Below, one piece after another: positions 7,170 to 11,622 of a DNA stretch of 11,622 nt. The notes under the pieces are model-generated. The model saw only the letters and a list, made by a program, of their open reading frames with translations, had not been told where the DNA came from and did not search any database. A program made the position numbers and the translations under genes. The DNA comes from Vulcanimicrobiota bacterium (lineage in GTDB: Bacteria; Vulcanimicrobiota; Vulcanimicrobiia; Vulcanimicrobiales; Vulcanimicrobiaceae), in contig PKZK01000264.1 in assembly GCA_003133025.1 (NCBI GenBank), positions 15,553 to 27,174 on the forward strand. The letters are read 5' to 3'. Position 1 is the stretch's first letter; every line of letters begins with the position of its first letter.

Positions 7170-8443
7170 CGAATGGCGACCTTCTGTCCGTCGCCCACGC
7201 TGGTTTGCCCGTCGCGAATAACGCGCGTGCCTGCGCCGAGTCCCGAGACGACCGCGCTCGTATTGTCTTCGGCGATCTCCCGGACGGCGACCGTCCGGAC
7301 CGTGCCGTCGCGAGCGACGGCCAACACGCGATTATGATTGTCGTCGGTGAACGCGGTCGCCGGGACGCGCACCCCGCGCACGGTGGGCAGCACGATCTGA
7401 CCGACGACGGCCATGCCCGGGCGCAGCCGCCGGTCGGGGTTGGCCAGCACGACCTTGACTTGAAAGTCGGTCGATCCGGGCGCAATTTGATTGAGCACGC
7501 CGACGACCGTTCCGCGGAGTTTCGCGTCGTGCAGGTCGGAGGCGGTGACGGTCGCCGCCGAGCCGTTGTCGATCGCGGCGATCTGACTGCCGGAACCGCG
7601 CAAGATGGCGTAGATCGGATCGACTTGCTGCAACGTGAAGATCTGGCGCGAGCCCGGGTACTCGCCTTGATTCAAGTTCCGGTTGACCACCACGCCGTCG
7701 ATCGGCGAGTAAATGGCGGCTTTGGCGATTTGGACGCGCTCTTGCTGCGCCTGCGCGAGGGCGGCTTGTTCCTGAGCCTTGGCCTGCTCGATCGAGCTCG
7801 ACTGGAGCCCGTTGGAACCGAGCGTTCCGTTGGCCGCGACGTTGGATCGTGCGCTGGCCAGAGCGGCTTGCGCGGCGGTGAGGGCTTGCTGGTCGTTGCG
7901 GACCGTCGTTATCTGATCGCGGTAGGTTTGTTCGGCGATGTAGCCTTTCTCGCTCAACTGCCGATCGCGGCCGAGATCGATCGTGTCTTTGGCCAGCGTC
8001 TCGCGGGCTTGGTTCACCGCGGTCTCAGCCGTACGCGCCGAATCGACGCCCTGCGAGATCGAGAGCGAACCCGCATAGGCCGTATGGGTCGTATTCGCCC
8101 GTGCGCTGTTGGCCGTGGCGATATCGGAATTGAGCGCCGCGACGAGGTCGGCCGTGTCCAATTGAGCGAGCAGCTCGCCTTTGTGGACGGTATCGCCCTC
8201 CTGGACGTTGACCGCGTCGGCGGCTTCGACCAGGTTCGATTGGATGGCCACGTTCTGATACGGGGCCACGATTCCGGGCAGCACCTCGAACGGCCTGATC
8301 GTACCGTTATCGGCGATCTCGGTGGCGACGAACGGCGGCGGCGCAGCCTTCTTGTCGGGCTTGGCGCTACAGCCGGCCAGCGCAACGAGAAGCGCGGTCG
8401 CGGCCACGGCCGGAATTCGAACGGCGTGACGGGAACGGGGCAT
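7166..8443 (-). CDS. RND efflux periplasmic adaptor (membrane fusion protein), predicted lipoprotein
   Basis: Signal peptide with lipobox LAG|C25. Lipoyl halves VNVQEGDTVHKGELLAQLD and IYSPIDGVV flank a long Ala/Gln coiled coil. Also LRPGM, VPATA and a C-terminal SGLGAGTRVI. Confidence 0.95.
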   Translation of the reverse strand: MPRSRHAVRIPAVAATALLVALAGCSAKPDKKAAPPPFVATEIADNGTIRPFEVLPGIVAPYQNVAIQSNLVEAADAVNVQEGDTVHKGELLAQLDTADLVAALNSDIATANSARANTTHTAYAGSLSISQGVDSARTAETAVNQARETLAKDTIDLGRDRQLSEKGYIAEQTYRDQITTVRNDQQALTAAQAALASARSNVAANGTLGSNGLQSSSIEQAKAQEQAALAQAQQERVQIAKAAIYSPIDGVVVNRNLNQGEYPGSRQIFTLQQVDPIYAILRGSGSQIAAIDNGSAATVTASDLHDAKLRGTVVGVLNQIAPGSTDFQVKVVLANPDRRLRPGMAVVGQIVLPTVRGVRVPATAFTDDNHNRVLAVARDGTVRTVAVREIAEDNTSAVVSGLGAGTRVIRDGQTSVGDGQKVAIR

Positions 8444-8451
8444 ATGGTCCC

Positions 8452-8539
8452 ATACTAAGGTCTGCGGGGAGTGCTGTCCTGGATGCCTCCTGGGAACGCC
8501 GGATCGCGCGGGACGAATCCCAGGAAGCCGGGGTACAAT
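8452..8539. promoter_or_regulatory. Divergent promoter region between the efflux operon and system 2, with repeated TCCCAGGA-like half-sites
   Basis: Minus-strand -10-like TAGTAT (8457-8452) lies 8 nt before ATG 8443; plus-strand TACAAT (8534-8539) lies 6 nt before GTG 8546. The minus strand has TCCCAG-gaggc-ATCCAG (8495-8479) and the plus strand has TCCCAGGA (8518-8525). Confidence 0.6.
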
Positions 8540-8545
8540 GGCGTG

Positions 8546-9235
8546 GTGGAGTCGCTTGGCGCCAAGGTGCTCGTCGTCGACGACGAGGCGCCCATACGGG
8601 ATCTGTTAGAGTACGGACTGGAACGGGCCGGATTCTCGGTGCGCTGCGTGCCCGACGGCAGGCTCGGGCTCGACGCGCTCCGCACCTGGCGCCCCGACAT
8701 CGTCGTGCTCGACGTCATGTTGCCCGAAGTCGACGGCATGACGCTGCTGCCCGAATTGCGCCGGTTGACCGAAGTGCCGATCGTCATGTTGAGCGCGCGC
8801 AGCGAAACGAGCGACAAGGTCGATGCGCTCACCAGCGGCGCCGACGATTACGTCGCCAAGCCTTTCGAACTCGAGGAACTCGTCGCGAGGCTGAACTCGG
8901 CCTTGCGCCGCCCGCGTCTCGAGCAGCGCCAAACGTTCGCCTACGACGACCTCACCGTCGATCTCGAACGCCGGGCGGTTTTCCGCGGCGAGCGCCGCAT
9001 CGATCTGTCGACGCGCGAGTTCGACTTGCTGCTCACCTTCGTGCGCAACCCAGAGCGCGTCTTCAGCCGGTCGGAGCTGCTGGATTTGGTCTGGGGCGTC
9101 GATCGCGACATCGTGCCGAATACCGTCGAGACCTACATCTCCTACTTGCGCGCGAAGATCGATAGCGGCGAGCCCGTGCGTTTGATCCAAACCCTGCGCG
9201 GCGTGGGGTACGCGTTGCGGGCGACGCCGCGGTGA
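8546..9235 (+). CDS. OmpR/PhoB-family DNA-binding response regulator (MprA/TcrX-like), system 2
   Basis: KVLVVDDE, IVVLDVMLP, MLSA, DDYVAKPF; LSTREFDLL...VWG...NTVETYISYLRAKID...IQTLRGVGY. Start GTG 8546 (or 8543) is preferred over 8471 from alignment to the paralog and the position of TACAAT. Confidence 0.95.
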   Translation: MESLGAKVLVVDDEAPIRDLLEYGLERAGFSVRCVPDGRLGLDALRTWRPDIVVLDVMLPEVDGMTLLPELRRLTEVPIVMLSARSETSDKVDALTSGADDYVAKPFELEELVARLNSALRRPRLEQRQTFAYDDLTVDLERRAVFRGERRIDLSTREFDLLLTFVRNPERVFSRSELLDLVWGVDRDIVPNTVETYISYLRAKIDSGEPVRLIQTLRGVGYALRATPR

Positions 9236-10680
9236 ACGTCTCGTTCGAGCGCCGCGCGCTGTTCTTCTCGACCGTCGCGGTCGCGGGCACCCTGACCATC
9301 CTGGTCTTCGCGCTCGCGCTCGCACTCTATTCGGTGTACGTGCGCGGCGTGGGCGTGCAGTTGAACGACTCCCTGGAGGAGATTCGCGCGTACGTCGCGC
9401 TTCACGGGCAACCGCGTCGCGCCGACGAGCTCGCCGCCGCGGTGGCGTCGCGGCTGGTGCGGCCGCAGGCCGCGATCTTCGTGCTCGATCCCGAGCGGCG
9501 AGCCGAGATCCGCTGGAACCGCGCGCTACGTTCGACCGACCGTTCCTCCGCGACGGTTTCGCTCAGCCCGCGCAGCCGAGTGCGCATCGATACGCCCAAC
9601 GGGCTCGCCTCGCAATTGCTCATGGGCTTGGGCACGCTCTTCGGATTGACGCCGGTGCAAGCTCAGTTCGGCCAGATCAGCGTCATCGTGCGGCCCTCCG
9701 AACCGGAATTGGTCGCCTCCGTCGAGCCCTTCGTGCCCTGGTTTCTCATTGCGGAACTGGTGGCGCTCGCGCTGGGCTTCGCGCTGGCCCGGATCCTGAC
9801 GCGCCAGGCCTTGCGGCCGCTGGCCGAGGTCACCGCCGCATTGGAACGCTTTGCGACCGGCGATCTCACGCCGCAGCCCGTGGGCACCGATTCACGCCAC
9901 CGGCTCGACGCGCTGGCGCGCGCGTACAACGGCGCGATCGAGCAGGTGTCGCATGCGTTCGCCGAGCGCGACCGCGCGCAGGCCGGCATGCGCCAATTCA
10001 TCGCCGATGCGGGCCATCAGTTGCGCACGCCGCTGACCGTCATCCGCGGCTTCACCGCGATTCTGCGCCAGGGAGACCTGCGCCAAACCGGCGATTACGA
10101 ACGCATCTTGGATGCGATCAACCGGCAGAGTCTGGCGATGGGCTCGCTGATCGATAAGCTGATCCTGCTCGAGCGCTGGGAGAGCGCACCGGAACCGGTT
10201 CCCTCGGAGAGCATCGACGTCACGCAACTCGTCGACGACGTGGTGTCGCCGATCGCCGAAGTCCATCCGCAGCGCCTGCGTTTGGAGATTACCGACGCGC
10301 GTTCCGCCGCGATCGATCCGAGCGATCTGGTGCAAGCCGTGACGAATCTGGTGGACAACGCGCTGAAGTACACGACGGGCGCCGTCACCGTGCGCGTCGG
10401 CGGTACCGGCGAACGAACCTCGATCGATGTGATCGACGAGGGTCCGGGTATGAATGCGAGCGAGTTACGCCACATCTTCGACCGCTTTTACCGCGGTGCC
10501 AATCGAGAGATCGAAGGTTCGGGACTCGGCCTGGCAATCGCGCGGCGCGCGATCGAACGCGCCGGCGGCACGATTTCCGTGCAGAGCACGCCCGACATCG
10601 GCTCTCATTTCACGATCGCGCTGCCGGGCGTGACCCCGCGGCGCGCGCCCGTCGCGCCGAGACTCACCGCGGGCGTCTGA
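9232..10680 (+). CDS. Membrane sensor histidine kinase (HAMP + HisKA + HATPase_c), system 2
   Basis: Two TM segments, HAMP (LRPLAEVTAALERFATGDL...LARAYN), H box DAGHQLRTPLT, NLVDNALKY, DEGPG, IFDRFYR, GSGLGLAI. GTGA overlap with the regulator stop. Confidence 0.95.
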   Translation: MNVSFERRALFFSTVAVAGTLTILVFALALALYSVYVRGVGVQLNDSLEEIRAYVALHGQPRRADELAAAVASRLVRPQAAIFVLDPERRAEIRWNRALRSTDRSSATVSLSPRSRVRIDTPNGLASQLLMGLGTLFGLTPVQAQFGQISVIVRPSEPELVASVEPFVPWFLIAELVALALGFALARILTRQALRPLAEVTAALERFATGDLTPQPVGTDSRHRLDALARAYNGAIEQVSHAFAERDRAQAGMRQFIADAGHQLRTPLTVIRGFTAILRQGDLRQTGDYERILDAINRQSLAMGSLIDKLILLERWESAPEPVPSESIDVTQLVDDVVSPIAEVHPQRLRLEITDARSAAIDPSDLVQAVTNLVDNALKYTTGAVTVRVGGTGERTSIDVIDEGPGMNASELRHIFDRFYRGANREIEGSGLGLAIARRAIERAGGTISVQSTPDIGSHFTIALPGVTPRRAPVAPRLTAGV

Positions 10681-10708
10681 TCGGATGCGTCGTTCTGACC
10701 GGCCGGCG

Positions 10709-10724
10709 CGCAAGGGCGCTTGCG
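10709..10724 (+). terminator. Short hairpin downstream of the system 2 kinase
   Basis: CGCAAG-ggcg-CTTGCG, a 6-bp stem with a 4-nt loop, 28 nt after the stop. There is no U tract, so support is weak. Confidence 0.25.
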
Positions 10725-10814
10725 ACATCGGGTTGCTTAATCGGGCGTTAATATTGAATGACGAGAAGACCCTACAGGTTGCCCGTCGCCCTGACGGGGA
10801 ATAGCAGCGTTACT

Positions 10815-11027
10815 ATGGGCAGTTCACAACCGCATGCCGAGCTCAAGCACGGCGATCACGTCGAGATCCCCGGCGAGGGCCTGACGGGCACCGTCGTCGC
10901 CGCGCACCCGCACAACGTCGAGGTCCGCGTCCTCGTCGACGGCGGCGAGCAGCACCGCCATTACGCATACGAGTCCGTGCGTCGCCTACCGACGCTCGAC
11001 GAAGCGTCGAAGTTCGTCGATCACTGA
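10815..11027 (+). CDS. Small hypothetical protein, 70 aa, KOW/SH3-like beta-barrel pattern, His-rich
   Basis: MGSSQPHAELKHGDHVEIPGEGLTGTVVAAHPHNVEVRVLVDGGEQHRHYAYESVRRLPTLDEASKFVDH. Strong G/C bias at third codon positions from ATG 10815 onward; the upstream extension to 10758 looks intergenic. Confidence 0.75.
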   Translation: MGSSQPHAELKHGDHVEIPGEGLTGTVVAAHPHNVEVRVLVDGGEQHRHYAYESVRRLPTLDEASKFVDH

Positions 11028-11038
11028 CCTGTACGCAG

Positions 11039-11067
11039 GCCCCCCGGCGTCGGTCGGTCGGGGGGGC
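11039..11067. terminator. GC-rich hairpin between the two convergent small genes (likely bidirectional terminator)
   Basis: GCCCCCCGGC(11039-11048) pairs with GTCGGGGGGGC(11057-11067) with one bulged G and one G-U pair. It fills the gap between the stops at 11027 and 11069. Confidence 0.6.
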
Positions 11068-11068
11068 T

Positions 11069-11269
11069 TCAGCGGCCGCCGTGACCGAGGTGCCAGCCGT
11101 GTTCGGGACAGGCGTACGCCGCTAGGCCCACGCTCGTCCGCGGAATCGCGCGTTCGGCGAGTTTTTTCGTCTTGAACGCGCTCTTGGGCGACCCGTTCTT
11201 GTTGTAGCACGAGCGCGCGCCTCCGCTCTTGCGTGGGTTATCGCCTGGCACGCGAGACACGTTCGACAC
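11069..11269 (-). CDS. Small basic hypothetical protein with a Cys/His cluster (candidate zinc-binding)
   Basis: ...SCYNKNGSPKSAFKTKKLAERAIPRTSVGLAAYACPEHGWHLGHGGR. Lys/Asn-rich content is unusual for a shadow ORF in high-GC DNA; third positions are GC-biased and the ORF ends at a hairpin. Start uncertain (GTG 11269, 11260 or 11251). Confidence 0.7.
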   Translation of the reverse strand: MSNVSRVPGDNPRKSGGARSCYNKNGSPKSAFKTKKLAERAIPRTSVGLAAYACPEHGWHLGHGGR

Positions 11270-11378
11270 GATCCAACCGTCAGCATCCGCCCGGCGGAGA
11301 TGTTCTGCGCGCCCGGCGCGCGACGATCGCGTTCACGTTTGATAAGCAAACCTTCACGCGATCTTGTCGGGATGCGGT

Positions 11379-11384
11379 TACGAT
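11379..11384 (+). promoter_or_regulatory. Putative -10 box (TACGAT) for a leaderless xfp transcript
   Basis: TACGAT-acgtgc-ATG(11391), with no Shine-Dalgarno-like sequence in front of the ATG. Confidence 0.55.
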
Positions 11385-11390
11385 ACGTGC

Positions 11391-11622
11391 ATGACGACGA
11401 CGACGCTCGCGACCGCCCCGCTCGCCTCCGAAGAATTGCGCCGCATCGATGCATATTGGCGAGCGGCCAATTACTTGTCGGTCGGGCAGATCTATCTGCT
11501 GGACAATCCGTTGCTCCGTCGCGAATTGCGGTCCGAGGACGTCAAGCCGCGGCTGCTCGGTCATTGGGGCACTACGCCCGGGCTCAACTTCATGATCGCG
11601 CACCTCAATCGCGCGATCAAGG
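11391..11622 (+). CDS. xfp: Phosphoketolase (xylulose-5-phosphate/fructose-6-phosphate phosphoketolase), N-terminal part, runs off the window
   Basis: Absent from the ORF track. Manual translation [77 protein letters not shown] carries the signature XFP N-terminus ([20 protein letters not shown]...[15 protein letters not shown]). Confidence 0.96.
   Translation, partial: MTTTTLATAPLASEELRRIDAYWRAANYLSVGQIYLLDNPLLRRELRSEDVKPRLLGHWGTTPGLNFMIAHLNRAIK

Noticed and set aside
8471..8545. 25-aa N-terminal extension of the system 2 regulator in the ORF track (likewise 2853-2897 for adh and 10758-10814 for the small protein)
   Set aside because: These extensions cover promoter-like sequence and have no counterpart in the paralog or family. 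They are longest-ORF artefacts.
11253..11266. CGAAC-gtgt-CTCG on the minus strand resembling a Gram-positive LexA box
   Set aside because: The second half-site does not match GTTC(G), and no SOS-type gene is adjacent.
11338..11358. TTGAT and TTCAC words upstream of xfp suggesting FNR or Rex sites
   Set aside because: The partner half-sites are missing at the required 4-nt spacing. Only the GTTTG-N5-CAAAC dyad is supported, and it is reported within the structured-element finding.
11392..11405. (ACG)n trinucleotide run at the start of xfp
   Set aside because: Only four Thr codons, in frame, a common N-terminal pattern. Too short to indicate phase variation.
1..11622. Mobile element, prophage, defence system, CRISPR array or tRNA/rRNA
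   Set aside because: I saw no transposase or integrase motifs, regularly spaced repeats, cloverleaf-like sequence or abrupt composition shift. Almost all of the sequence is explained by ordinary CDSs.

Overview
GC-rich bacterial chromosomal window (roughly two-thirds G+C by eye), densely coding, with no RNA genes, mobile elements or CRISPR arrays that I can support. Left to right: an AraC+GyrI-like regulator running off the left edge (-); two-component system 1, kinase then OmpR-family regulator (-); a Zn-dependent alcohol dehydrogenase (+); a two-gene RND efflux operon of lipoprotein adaptor plus permease, with no outer-membrane factor (-); divergent two-component system 2, regulator then kinase (+); two convergent small hypothetical proteins (KOW/SH3-like and Cys/His-rich); and the 5' end of a phosphoketolase (+). 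The gene families are mostly ordinary. The most interesting signals are: (i) two paralogous OmpR/MprA-like systems bracketing the pump, with near-identical recognition helices and an apparently shared, unrecognised sensor domain; (ii) candidate 6-5-6 direct-repeat operators in three intergenic regions; (iii) recurrent TANNNT-N6-start leaderless promoter architecture; (iv) a highly self-complementary ~105-nt element between the Cys/His small gene and xfp. All were found by eye and none has been checked against databases.
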